Part shown: piece after piece, positions 1 to 9,177 of the stretch | Numbering within the stretch: the first letter of the stretch is position 1 | Layout: each line of letters opens with the position of its first letter | Assembly: GCF_023299985.1 (NCBI RefSeq) | Contig: NZ_JALZVX010000004.1 | Span: 1 to 55,054, forward strand | Direction: 5' to 3' | Origin: Lacinutrix sp. | GTDB taxonomy: Bacteria; Bacteroidota; Bacteroidia; Flavobacteriales; Flavobacteriaceae | Length of the DNA stretch: 55,054 nt | Made by a program: the position numbers and the translations under genes | Notes under the pieces: generated by a model | What the model was told of the DNA's origin: nothing | What the model saw: only the letters and a program-made list of their open reading frames with translations | The model's database searches: none

Positions 1-152
1 TTATCAAGTTTTATCTCCTTGTAATTGTTAGCGTTTTTAATGGTTTTGGCAATTTTAGAAATACTGCCTTTTTCTATTAAAATATCTTGAGTAGTGTTAT
101 GAAAATCACTCTTAGAATCAATTATTCTTGCAGATTTTATAAGTACGTTCAT
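1..152 (-). CDS. pyrC: Dihydroorotase-like amidohydrolase, N-terminal part (continues off the left edge of the window)
   Basis: Manual translation from ATG at 152: MNVLIKSARIIDSKSDFHNTTQDILIEKGSISKIAKTIKNANNYKEIKLD, an amidohydrolase-type N-terminus. ATGA overlap with the stop of the BatA-domain gene. Confidence 0.7.
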   Translation of the reverse strand, partial: MNVLIKSARIIDSKSDFHNTTQDILIEKGSISKIAKTIKNANNYKEIKLD

Positions 153-2083
153 TTAAAATATTTTAAGATGATCATTTCTAAAACTAAAAATAGTAATGCT
201 AAAATAACAAACCATTTCCATAGCTCATTTACTTTGCTGTCCTTTTTTATGGTATTAAAAACTTCTGAAATAGAATTACTAACCGTTAAGTTATCACTAT
301 TAGAAAAGCTTTGATAGTTTAAATTACTTTCATTTCTATTGTAATTATAGCTAACATTCTCTATAATTTCAGCTTTGTTTTTAATATTGTAAACGCCAGC
401 TTTTTCTGGAGTTTCTGTTGTTGTAATAGCCACTTTATTATTAAAATACTGTTGTTGTGGAATTATATTTATATTAGCGTCTTCATTTACCAAAGTTAAA
501 ACAGCATCTTGTTGTAAGTCTGTAGCTACATCGTAAGTGTTTTCTTTACCAATGGTATAATATAAATTAGACAGTTTTAAGCTGCGTTTCGAGATGTTAT
601 AAAACGTTGGAACAATTAAATTAATATCTTGAAAACTTGAGTTTTTGCTGTTTAAAGCTGAAGTAAATACAAAGGCATTATTGTTTTCAGATAAAAAAGG
701 TTTTCCGTCTTCAAATTGAAGCACAGCAGATGCTTTACCTAAGATTTGTGGATAGTAAGATTTTATCTTTGGATATTGAAAATTTGCAACACGCTTCTCG
801 AACACACCATCACTATACAAAGGATGAGAATAATTAATGTTAGTTAAGCGTTTTTCGGTTTTAGAAAGCTTAGCAAAAGGAGTGAGGTTGTAGTTTAATA
901 GTAGGCTGTTATATTCTTGAATATCAATATTTTCTGAAGGTATTACAACTAAAATACCACCATTATTTGTAAACGATTTCAAAGCAGTTATCAAAGCACT
1001 TGAAATCTGTTTTAATTCATTTAAAACAATAAGATTCTGACTGCTAATATCACTATAATTTAACTGATTTAAAGCTGTTGCTTTATAGCTAAACTCGTTA
1101 GCAGAATAGATACTTTTTAAGAAGGCATCGCTAGTTTGGTTAATAGCTAAAACGTTTATTTTTAAGTTAGTATTGATGTTAAAAAACAAAGTATTATCAA
1201 ATTGAAGGTTTGTATCGTCTATAGTAACTTTTCCGTCTATGCGCTCGTTTGCAGGTAATGTAAAAACAGTAGTTGCCTTGTCTGTAATTTTAACAGACGA
1301 TTTTGTTAATAAACTACCATTGTTGTATAAAGACACTGGAAGATTTTCTATGGTGTTTCCTTTGTTTTTAAGACTAACAGTTAGTTCTAAATTACTAGAG
1401 GTTTTTTTAGAAATATAAACACTATCTATGGTTACATTGCTTTTACTAACAGGTTTTAATTGTACTAAATTTAGATTTGTGGTTTCATCTTTTTCAGCTT
1501 TAAAATTCGACTCTTTTTGCTGAAAATCACTTATAAAAACTAAGTTTTTAATGGTATTATCATCTTTAGAAAAGTACTTTTTACTTTTTAATAAAGCTGC
1601 ATCGTAAGGTAACTGGTTTGTAGCGTAGTTAAGCTTGAGCAAATCGTTAGTAATTGCTTTAACTGTTGTATTTCTAAAGCTATTATCGTTTGTAACAAGT
1701 GCTATGTTTTCGTCTTCTGGAACACTACTAATAATATCGCTTACAGCACGTTTTAGCAACTCGCCTTTATCTCCTTTTACTTGCATACTAAAAGAATTAT
1801 CGAGATAAATAACGGTTTCAGATTTGGTATTAAACGTTTTGTTTTTTGAAGTAAAAGGTTGCGCAAATGCTATTACAATGGCAGCAAGAATACCCATTCT
1901 AGTTAATAAAGTTAACCATTTTTTAATTTGAGCACTTTTACGTGTTTGTAAGGATACTTTCTTTAAAAAAGCAACATTAGTAAAAGCTTCCGTTTTAAAT
2001 TTACGTAGCTGAAATAAGTGAACAATAATAGGGATTAGCAGTAATAATAACGCGTAAAGAAGTTCTGGGTGTTTAAACTGCAT
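149..2083 (-). CDS. BatA/N-terminal double-TM, vWA-domain membrane protein
   Basis: N-terminus MQFKHPELLYALLLLLIPIIVHLF (BatA-type), DNSFSM MIDAS-like motif, C-terminal TM ELWKWFVILALLFLVLEM. Confidence 0.85.
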   Translation of the reverse strand: MQFKHPELLYALLLLLIPIIVHLFQLRKFKTEAFTNVAFLKKVSLQTRKSAQIKKWLTLLTRMGILAAIVIAFAQPFTSKNKTFNTKSETVIYLDNSFSMQVKGDKGELLKRAVSDIISSVPEDENIALVTNDNSFRNTTVKAITNDLLKLNYATNQLPYDAALLKSKKYFSKDDNTIKNLVFISDFQQKESNFKAEKDETTNLNLVQLKPVSKSNVTIDSVYISKKTSSNLELTVSLKNKGNTIENLPVSLYNNGSLLTKSSVKITDKATTVFTLPANERIDGKVTIDDTNLQFDNTLFFNINTNLKINVLAINQTSDAFLKSIYSANEFSYKATALNQLNYSDISSQNLIVLNELKQISSALITALKSFTNNGGILVVIPSENIDIQEYNSLLLNYNLTPFAKLSKTEKRLTNINYSHPLYSDGVFEKRVANFQYPKIKSYYPQILGKASAVLQFEDGKPFLSENNNAFVFTSALNSKNSSFQDINLIVPTFYNISKRSLKLSNLYYTIGKENTYDVATDLQQDAVLTLVNEDANINIIPQQQYFNNKVAITTTETPEKAGVYNIKNKAEIIENVSYNYNRNESNLNYQSFSNSDNLTVSNSISEVFNTIKKDSKVNELWKWFVILALLFLVLEMIILKYFK

Positions 2084-2135
2084 TGCTAATTTTGATTAAG
2101 CAAATATAAAAACTAATACTTAAATATTAAGCGCT

Positions 2136-3143
2136 TTAACAAAAGAAAAAATAATCTCGCATAGATTCCTTTGTTAGTTTAAAAAAATAGTTTCTAATAA
2201 TGACTTGCTCTTCTTTATTAGCAACACTTACAATACATTGAAAATGCTCTAGAGTTTCTAAATATTGAAACGGTTTCATTTCTACATCGTAAATATGTTT
2301 GCCAATTTTTTTTGGGTTATCGCAAATCCAGTGAAACGGAATATTTAACGCCTTTAATTTTTTAGCTATGGTTTTACCTTTATTGCCTGCTCCCCAAATT
2401 ACTAAAGGCTGTGAACTATTATAGTCTAATTTTAAAAAATAATGAAGCTTGATGTCTATAAAACTATTTTCGGCATAATTAGCATCTGTTCTTGAAGCTC
2501 GCGTTCCGTAATCTCGCCATTGGTGCAATACTTTGTCACATGCAATTACTTTGTAATTAGCTTGATAAAACCTAAAAGTAAGGTCATAATCTTCAGGATA
2601 ACGTACGGGATTAAAAGCGTCTATGGCAACCAAGTTTTCTCTACTAATCATCCAGCAAGGAGATGGTATAACACACTCTTTATAGATTTCAGAATAATTA
2701 GTTCCTTTAGTAGTTAAACTGTTTAACCAATCTTCATATTTTCTGTAGCCATCGCTTATGCCTTCCGCAGAAAAATAACTTACCAAACCAGTTGCAACAT
2801 AGTTTTTGCCATGTTGTTTAAGGTTGTTTAAAAGTGTTTCTAGTTTAATAGTTGGCATAATATCATCACTATCCATTCTAGTAATATAGTCGCCTTTAGA
2901 TTTTGAAAAAGCTAATTTTAAGGCGTCAATAATACCAGAACCTTCATTTTTAAAGAGCTTAATTCTTTTGTCGCTATTTGCATATTCTTCAACTAAATTA
3001 TAGCTTTTATCTGTAGAATTATCGTCTATAATTAGTAACTCCCAATTGGTGTAGGTTTGCGTAATTAAAGAATCTAGACATTCACTAAGAAATTTTTGAG
3101 TATTTTTAAACGGAATTAAAATACTAATTAAAGGCTGCTGCAT
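2136..3143 (-). CDS. Glycosyltransferase family 2
   Basis: ISILIPFKN...IIDDNSTD...RMDSDD (DxD) and EDYDL motifs. Confidence 0.9.
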   Translation of the reverse strand: MQQPLISILIPFKNTQKFLSECLDSLITQTYTNWELLIIDDNSTDKSYNLVEEYANSDKRIKLFKNEGSGIIDALKLAFSKSKGDYITRMDSDDIMPTIKLETLLNNLKQHGKNYVATGLVSYFSAEGISDGYRKYEDWLNSLTTKGTNYSEIYKECVIPSPCWMISRENLVAIDAFNPVRYPEDYDLTFRFYQANYKVIACDKVLHQWRDYGTRASRTDANYAENSFIDIKLHYFLKLDYNSSQPLVIWGAGNKGKTIAKKLKALNIPFHWICDNPKKIGKHIYDVEMKPFQYLETLEHFQCIVSVANKEEQVIIRNYFFKLTKESMRDYFFFC

Positions 3144-3221
3144 ACTTGCAATATACTATTCTACACCATTTTATTTAACACTAATTAACATAATTTTACA
3201 ATTAGTGTATGCAACAGATTG

Positions 3222-3229
3222 TACATTTG
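3222..3229 (+). promoter_or_regulatory. Bacteroidota sigma-70 -7 element for the peptidase M61 gene
   Basis: TACATTTG matches TAnnTTTG, 72 nt before the ATG at 3302. Confidence 0.5.
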
Positions 3230-3243
3230 TGCTTCATAACTTT

Positions 3244-3294
3244 TAACTACTAACTACTAACTACTAACTACTAACTACTAACTAACTAACTAAA
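3244..3294 (+). repeat. Simple tandem repeat (TAACTAC)5(TAAC)3TAAA
   Basis: Five perfect heptamers at 3244-3278 followed by three TAAC units. Confidence 0.95.
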
Positions 3295-3301
3295 TAAAAC
3301 A

Positions 3302-5209
3302 ATGAAAAAACATCTTTTAAGTATTGTATTTGCTGGAGTTCTTCTAGTTGGATGTAACTCTACTAAAACCACAGGTGGGAAAAAAACTAACGATTTAGCT
3401 ACTTTAAATCCTATTCAAACCACTTTAGATTTAACTAAAGTTGTAGATGATAAAGTACCAGTTACTATAAATCCTGGGCGTTTTACGGTAGAAACTGTAA
3501 CCTATAGATTACCAAGAGTAGTACAAGGAACGTACTCTGTTAGTGATTTTGGAAAGTATGTTGACGATTTTAAAGCTATAGATTATAAAGGCAACGCATT
3601 ACAAGTTGTAAAAACAGATACTAATACTTGGACTATTAGTAATGCTGTTACCTTAGACAAGATTACATATAATGTTAATGACACTTTTGATATGGAAACA
3701 AGTGGTGGTGGAATAGGTAAAGAAGTTCCATTTTCTCCTGCTGGAACTAATATTGAATCTACAAACTATGTATTAAACTTACACGGTTTTATTGGTTATT
3801 TCGATTCTTTAAAAACGGCACAATATAACTTAGATGTTACTGCACCTAAAACAATGCTTAAAACATCTGCATTACAAGAAAAAGGTACAAAAATGAATGA
3901 TGATGGTGTTTCTATGACTTCTACTTATTTTGCACCAAGATATTTTGATATTACAGATAACCCAATGTTTTATGGTGCATTAGATGTTGAAGAGTTTAAA
4001 GTTGGAGACATTAAAATAGTTTTAAGTGTGTATTCTCCAAACAATGTACATTCTGCTGAAAAAATTAAAGCAGTTATGCAAAAAATGATGCTAGCTCAAA
4101 AAGCATACTTAGGAGCTGTAAATACAACACCTCGTTACGATATTTATTTATATTTATCTGAAGGTAAAGCTGAATCTCCAAAAGGTTTTGGCGCACTAGA
4201 ACACCATACTTCTACAGTAGTAGTTTTACCAGAAGCTATGCCAGATGAAGCTTTAGCAGAAAGTATGATTGATGTTGTATCTCACGAGTTTTTTCATATT
4301 GTAACACCTTTAAGTGTGCATTCTGAAGATGTACATTATTTTGATTACAACCAACCAACATTTTCTAAGCATTTATGGATGTACGAAGGTGTAACAGAAT
4401 ATTTTGCAACATTATTTCAAGTAAATCAAGATTTGGTTTCTGAAGACGAATTTTACACCAAAGTAATGGGTAAAATAAAATCTGCATCAGCAATGGATGA
4501 TGCCATGAGTTTTACCGAAATGAGTGAAAATATTCTTGAAGAACCTTATGCTCCACAATATGTAAATGTGTATTCTAAAGGTGCTTTAATAGGTATGTGT
4601 ATGGATATTATTTTGCGAGAAGAAAGTAATGGTAACAGAGGAATTTTATCTTTAATGAAAGAATTATCTTTAAAATACGGAAAAAACAAGCCTTTTGAAG
4701 ATAATAATTTAATTGCCGAAATTACTGCAATAACGTATCCATCTGTAGGAACATTTTTAAACACTCATGTAGTTGGTGGAACACCAATTAATTATAACGA
4801 TTTTTTTGCTAAAGCAGGTTTAGCGCTATCAGAAGGAAAAGTAGAAACTAACTACATACAAAACGATGGTGTTTTAATTTTTGCACCAGATATGTCAACA
4901 ATGTCTCTTCCTTTTTCTGATGCTGTTAAAAACAATAGTTTTTGGGCCGAAAATGGTGTTTTACCAGGAGATGTTATAAAAACAGTTGATGGTAAAGAAT
5001 TAACAATGGCTACTGCTCAAGCAATTTTAACAGAGGTTTTTATGTGGAAACCAGGTAGAGATGTAGATGTTAGAATAGACAGAAAAGGTAAAGAGGTTAT
5101 TGTTAAAACTAAATTAACACAATCTTATACTACTGGTTCAAGTTTAGCAATAGACCCAAATGCAACAGCTAAACAAAATGCATTACGTGAATCTTGGTTG
5201 AGAGGATAA
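3302..5209 (+). CDS. Peptidase M61 (glycyl aminopeptidase family) lipoprotein with C-terminal PDZ-like domain
   Basis: Lipobox LVGC; GALEH, HEFFH zinc motif, LWMYEGVTEYF, YSKG. Confidence 0.9.
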   Translation: MKKHLLSIVFAGVLLVGCNSTKTTGGKKTNDLATLNPIQTTLDLTKVVDDKVPVTINPGRFTVETVTYRLPRVVQGTYSVSDFGKYVDDFKAIDYKGNALQVVKTDTNTWTISNAVTLDKITYNVNDTFDMETSGGGIGKEVPFSPAGTNIESTNYVLNLHGFIGYFDSLKTAQYNLDVTAPKTMLKTSALQEKGTKMNDDGVSMTSTYFAPRYFDITDNPMFYGALDVEEFKVGDIKIVLSVYSPNNVHSAEKIKAVMQKMMLAQKAYLGAVNTTPRYDIYLYLSEGKAESPKGFGALEHHTSTVVVLPEAMPDEALAESMIDVVSHEFFHIVTPLSVHSEDVHYFDYNQPTFSKHLWMYEGVTEYFATLFQVNQDLVSEDEFYTKVMGKIKSASAMDDAMSFTEMSENILEEPYAPQYVNVYSKGALIGMCMDIILREESNGNRGILSLMKELSLKYGKNKPFEDNNLIAEITAITYPSVGTFLNTHVVGGTPINYNDFFAKAGLALSEGKVETNYIQNDGVLIFAPDMSTMSLPFSDAVKNNSFWAENGVLPGDVIKTVDGKELTMATAQAILTEVFMWKPGRDVDVRIDRKGKEVIVKTKLTQSYTTGSSLAIDPNATAKQNALRESWLRG

Positions 5210-5233
5210 AATTTAAATACTTTATATAATTTT

Positions 5234-5268
5234 AAAGCCGAATCTTAATTTTAAGATTTGGCTTTTTT
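5234..5268. terminator. Intrinsic terminator between convergent genes
   Basis: AAAGCCGAATCTTAA-tt-TTAAGATTTGGCTTT followed by a T tract. Confidence 0.8.
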
Positions 5269-5284
5269 ATGCTTCATTTTTAAT

Positions 5285-6049
5285 TTAAAAATTTTCGAAA
5301 ACACCTAAACCGAAGAGTGCGAAATCGTATTTTACTGGATCTTTAGCATCTAGTTTTCTTAAAGAATAATCTAATTCTGCTAAAGCTTTTCCATCGTTTT
5401 GTTTTCGTTTTAAAAGGCCAAGTTTTCTTGCTACATTTCCAGAGTGCACATCTAATGGGCAGGATAATTGGGAGGCTGATAATGTTTTCCAAATACCAAA
5501 ATCTACTCCTGTACTGTCATCTCTAACCATCCAGCGCAAAAACATATTAATGCGTTTTGCTGCTGAATTTTTAAATGGATCGCTAACATGTTTTTGGGTA
5601 CGTGGTAAATGTTCAATTTCAAAAAATAATTGTTTAAAATGATGAATTGCCTTTTGCATGGATTGTTTTTCTGCATGTTTAGCAAACGCAGCTTCTAATC
5701 CATTATGGTTTTTATAAATGTGTTGTAGGCTTTTAATAAAGGTTATAAAATCGCCTCCATTAAAGGTTCTGTGCACAAAAGGTAATAGTTTATCTAAGTC
5801 GGATTCTTGATGATTCATCACAAAATCGTGAGGAGAATGTTCTAATAAAACTAGCATCTTATTTGCATTATTTATAATACTTTTTCTATTTCCCCAAGCA
5901 ATAGTAGCACTTAGAAATCCAGCGATTTCAATATCTTCTTTTTTATTAAACTGATGCGGAATCTGTATTGGATCGCTAGTTATAAAATCTGGTCTGTTGT
6001 ATTGCTCTACTTTAGCGTCTAAAAATTCTTTGAGTTCTTTTTTAGTCAT
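5285..6049 (-). CDS. TIGR02757 / DUF2400 family protein
   Basis: SDPIQIPH, SAAKRINMFLRWMVR, PLDVH, DPVKYDFALFGLG. Confidence 0.9.
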   Translation of the reverse strand: MTKKELKEFLDAKVEQYNRPDFITSDPIQIPHQFNKKEDIEIAGFLSATIAWGNRKSIINNANKMLVLLEHSPHDFVMNHQESDLDKLLPFVHRTFNGGDFITFIKSLQHIYKNHNGLEAAFAKHAEKQSMQKAIHHFKQLFFEIEHLPRTQKHVSDPFKNSAAKRINMFLRWMVRDDSTGVDFGIWKTLSASQLSCPLDVHSGNVARKLGLLKRKQNDGKALAELDYSLRKLDAKDPVKYDFALFGLGVFENF

Positions 6050-6056
6050 TCTATTA

Positions 6057-7760
6057 CTATTTTGGTATTACTTTTTTAGAATAAAACCCATCTTTTAAAT
6101 CATTAGAATACTGTTGCGGAAACACATTAAAATAGGTTCTAAAATAATTGAGTTGGTCTTCGCTTAAAGCAGGCAAAGGTGCGTTTCCAGTTTCCCAGAG
6201 TAATCCACTGCCTTTAGATAAGGAATGTATTGTAGTATTTTTTATTTTAATGGTATTGTAAGCATCATTATATTTAGAATTACTATGTGGTTCTAGAATA
6301 TAGTTTAAAGAAAACAAACCATTGCTTTGATGATTGGTATTGTTAGTGATAGAAGACGTATTAACATTAATAAACAACGGGATTACAGGCAATAAAACAA
6401 TTATAAACACTAATAAAATAACACCTTTTTTGTTATTAATTATAGTTGAAGTTATAACCAACAGAAAAAACATTAAAAACGGAAAGTAAAAGCGGTATTG
6501 TGGTGAAAACACAAACAAGAAAATAAGAAAGCCAATACCTGTAAAGTAGATTATTTTTATAGGTTTATTCGTCTTAAATTTTTTAAAAAGAAAAGGAATA
6601 ACAGTAATGCATAATAGAAATAGAGTATTAAAAATACTATCTAGTTTGCCTTGTGTTACCCAATGTAAAAGTTTTTTTAATAGAGAAGTTTTATTATAAG
6701 CGTCGATAGTTAAACCATAGCTTGCAGCAGTTTCATACTGCGATAAATAGATATTAATAGTATTTGGTAAACTCCAGTCTTGTTGTAAAAAAGAGATTGG
6801 TAATGGATATAAAGGATGACCAGTAATTATTGTGTTTTTTACAATAAATAAGATAAATGTTACTAATGAAACAACCAATAAGCCTTTTGTTTTTCGTCTT
6901 GTGTAAATAAAATAGTAGAAGTAGAGTATAAGTGCAAAAACAAAAAATACTAGTCCTGTTAATTTTATAAACGTTGCAAAAACAGACAGTATAAAAACAG
7001 CATAAAATGAATGCATATTGTATTGTTTGTAGCAACTTAAAAACTCATAAAAAACAATAATTCCAATAACGTAAATAGCAATATCTGGTGAAGGCGCTCC
7101 AATAAATTGAAATAAGAAAACATTAAAAACAGGAAATAGTCCAATTACTAAATCCATTCTATTTTTAGCTGTTTGGTTGTAATAACTATTTAGTTTTTCT
7201 ATTGCATAAATATTTCCAAGCAATAACATAAAACCGCTTAAATCGTTAAGATTATTGGTTATAAAGGCAAAATTGAATCCGCTTTGTAATACATGCCAAC
7301 CAGAAGTCTGCCCTAAAAAAGGATGTAAATTTGTTAAGCCTTTGGTGAAACCAAATTGATTTAACCATTTTATGGTTTGTATGTAATAGGTTTCATTATC
7401 TACTATAAAAGGTGCAGAAGCACATTTTGCTAATATTAAAAGTGTAGTGACTATTAAAGCTATTTTAAACACAACGTTTAAGCTACTAAAACTGTTTTTA
7501 AATTGTTTGATCTTGTCGAAAATACTTGCTTTATTTACAAAAAATAATGATGTAGTAAGTATAAAAAGGAAGGTAGAAAATAATTGATTAATAGGAGCGA
7601 AAATAGCCCAAAAACCAGCTAATAAAGTAATGCCAAAACAACCAAAGAGTATTGTTGGTATTGAATTTTTTACTTGTAATCTAAATATACGAGAAGCGCT
7701 TGTGCCTATAACTAACGTTGTAGCAAAAACAAAGATCCAAGACAGTAGTATAAGAAGCAT
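6057..7760 (-). CDS. Polytopic membrane protein (LIC_10190-like, possible GT-C fold)
   Basis: Many TM helices; DNETYYIQTIKW, SPD, K..TGHPLYP and PQYRF motifs. Confidence 0.65.
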   Translation of the reverse strand: MLLILLSWIFVFATTLVIGTSASRIFRLQVKNSIPTILFGCFGITLLAGFWAIFAPINQLFSTFLFILTTSLFFVNKASIFDKIKQFKNSFSSLNVVFKIALIVTTLLILAKCASAPFIVDNETYYIQTIKWLNQFGFTKGLTNLHPFLGQTSGWHVLQSGFNFAFITNNLNDLSGFMLLLGNIYAIEKLNSYYNQTAKNRMDLVIGLFPVFNVFLFQFIGAPSPDIAIYVIGIIVFYEFLSCYKQYNMHSFYAVFILSVFATFIKLTGLVFFVFALILYFYYFIYTRRKTKGLLVVSLVTFILFIVKNTIITGHPLYPLPISFLQQDWSLPNTINIYLSQYETAASYGLTIDAYNKTSLLKKLLHWVTQGKLDSIFNTLFLLCITVIPFLFKKFKTNKPIKIIYFTGIGFLIFLFVFSPQYRFYFPFLMFFLLVITSTIINNKKGVILLVFIIVLLPVIPLFINVNTSSITNNTNHQSNGLFSLNYILEPHSNSKYNDAYNTIKIKNTTIHSLSKGSGLLWETGNAPLPALSEDQLNYFRTYFNVFPQQYSNDLKDGFYSKKVIPK

Positions 7761-7884
7761 GATTGGTTTTAGTTAAAACGAATTTACAAATAGTTTTACT
7801 AGTTATAAAGTTTGGTGTCTTGTTATTCCATCACTTTAGTGTATAGAAATTATTTAAATTCAATTTTATTAATTTTCAATATTA

Positions 7885-8448
7885 CTAATTGGCTAAAAGA
7901 TCTCCAAATAATAAAAAAGGTAAAGTTAATACACCATTGTACAAAGCATGTAAAAGTATAGAGTAAATTAAACCAATTTTTACACGTAAAAAACCTAAAA
8001 TTAAGCCTAGAATTACTTGTGGTAAAATTAATATAGGAGATAGTAGAATAACGTTTGTTGTTATTTCAAAATTTGTAATATGCACATAACCAAAAAGGAT
8101 TGCAAAGGCATAAAAAATATATTTAAACTGTTTTTTGTATTTACAAAATAAGGTTATTGGAGCTCTAAAAATTAACTCTTCTAATAAAGGTGCTGCTACC
8201 GAAACTAATAAAAGTACTACTATTTTAGGATAGTCCTCAAACAAATCTGCAGATGCATGCTTGCTCATATCTATAAGTTCAACATGTTCTAAAACTGAAA
8301 ACACAGACACTAAACTTATAGAAAATAAAAGGCTAATTATTAATGTATTAAAAACTAAAACAACCTTTTGGTTTAGAGATAAATGTTCGTTGAATCCACA
8401 TTCTGGATTTTTAATAAATTTAAGAATTTCTCTTGCAGTAGTAATCAT
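7885..8448 (-). CDS. CPBP (CAAX/Abi) intramembrane glutamic endopeptidase
   Basis: APLLEELIFR, FGYVH and HALYN motifs. Confidence 0.9.
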   Translation of the reverse strand: MITTAREILKFIKNPECGFNEHLSLNQKVVLVFNTLIISLLFSISLVSVFSVLEHVELIDMSKHASADLFEDYPKIVVLLLVSVAAPLLEELIFRAPITLFCKYKKQFKYIFYAFAILFGYVHITNFEITTNVILLSPILILPQVILGLILGFLRVKIGLIYSILLHALYNGVLTLPFLLFGDLLAN

Positions 8449-8451
8449 TTA

Positions 8452-9117
8452 TTACTCTGTAACTATTTTCCCATCCACCATAACCAGCTTTCTATCTGCT
8501 AAATCTGCTAATTCTTCGTTGTGTGTTACTATAACAAAGGTTTGTCCGAATTCGTCACGCAATTTAAAGAATAAACTGTGTAGATTTTCAGCACTTTCGC
8601 TGTCAAGATTTCCAGAAGGTTCATCTGCAAAAATAAGACTTGGGTTATTTATTAACGCTCTCGCAACTGCTACACGCTGTTGTTCTCCACCAGATAATTC
8701 GTTTGGTTTGTGGTTATATCTATGAGATAAACCTAAGAAGTCTAATAACTCCTTAGCACGTTTGGTAGCTTCAGCTTTAGGTGTTTTTTTAATAAAAGCA
8801 GGAATACATATGTTTTCTAAAGCTGTAAATTCTGGTAATAATTGATGAAACTGAAAGATAAATCCAATATGTTCATTTCTAAATTTAGCCAATTGCTTTT
8901 CAGAAAGTGAACCAATATTTTCTCCATTTATTATAAGTGAAGCGTTTTCGGTTTTAGAAATAGTATCTAAAGTGCCTAAAATTTGCAATAGCGTCGTTTT
9001 TCCAGCACCAGAGGTACCAACAATAGAGACTACTTCACTTTTTTTAATATGCACATTTACGCCTTTTAAAACATGTAAATCGTCGTAATACTTATGTATG
9101 TTTTTAGCTTTTATCAT
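8452..9117 (-). CDS. lolD: ABC transporter ATP-binding protein, LolD-like
   Basis: Walker [50 protein letters not shown]. Confidence 0.85.
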   Translation of the reverse strand: MIKAKNIHKYYDDLHVLKGVNVHIKKSEVVSIVGTSGAGKTTLLQILGTLDTISKTENASLIINGENIGSLSEKQLAKFRNEHIGFIFQFHQLLPEFTALENICIPAFIKKTPKAEATKRAKELLDFLGLSHRYNHKPNELSGGEQQRVAVARALINNPSLIFADEPSGNLDSESAENLHSLFFKLRDEFGQTFVIVTHNEELADLADRKLVMVDGKIVTE

Positions 9118-9177
9118 GGAAAAAAATAAGAAGTCTAAATTACTATTTTACAAATTGTTTTACAACTTTTAAAACGT

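Noticed and set aside
3244-3294. CRISPR array
   Set aside because: Contiguous 7-nt units with no spacers; no cas genes in the window.
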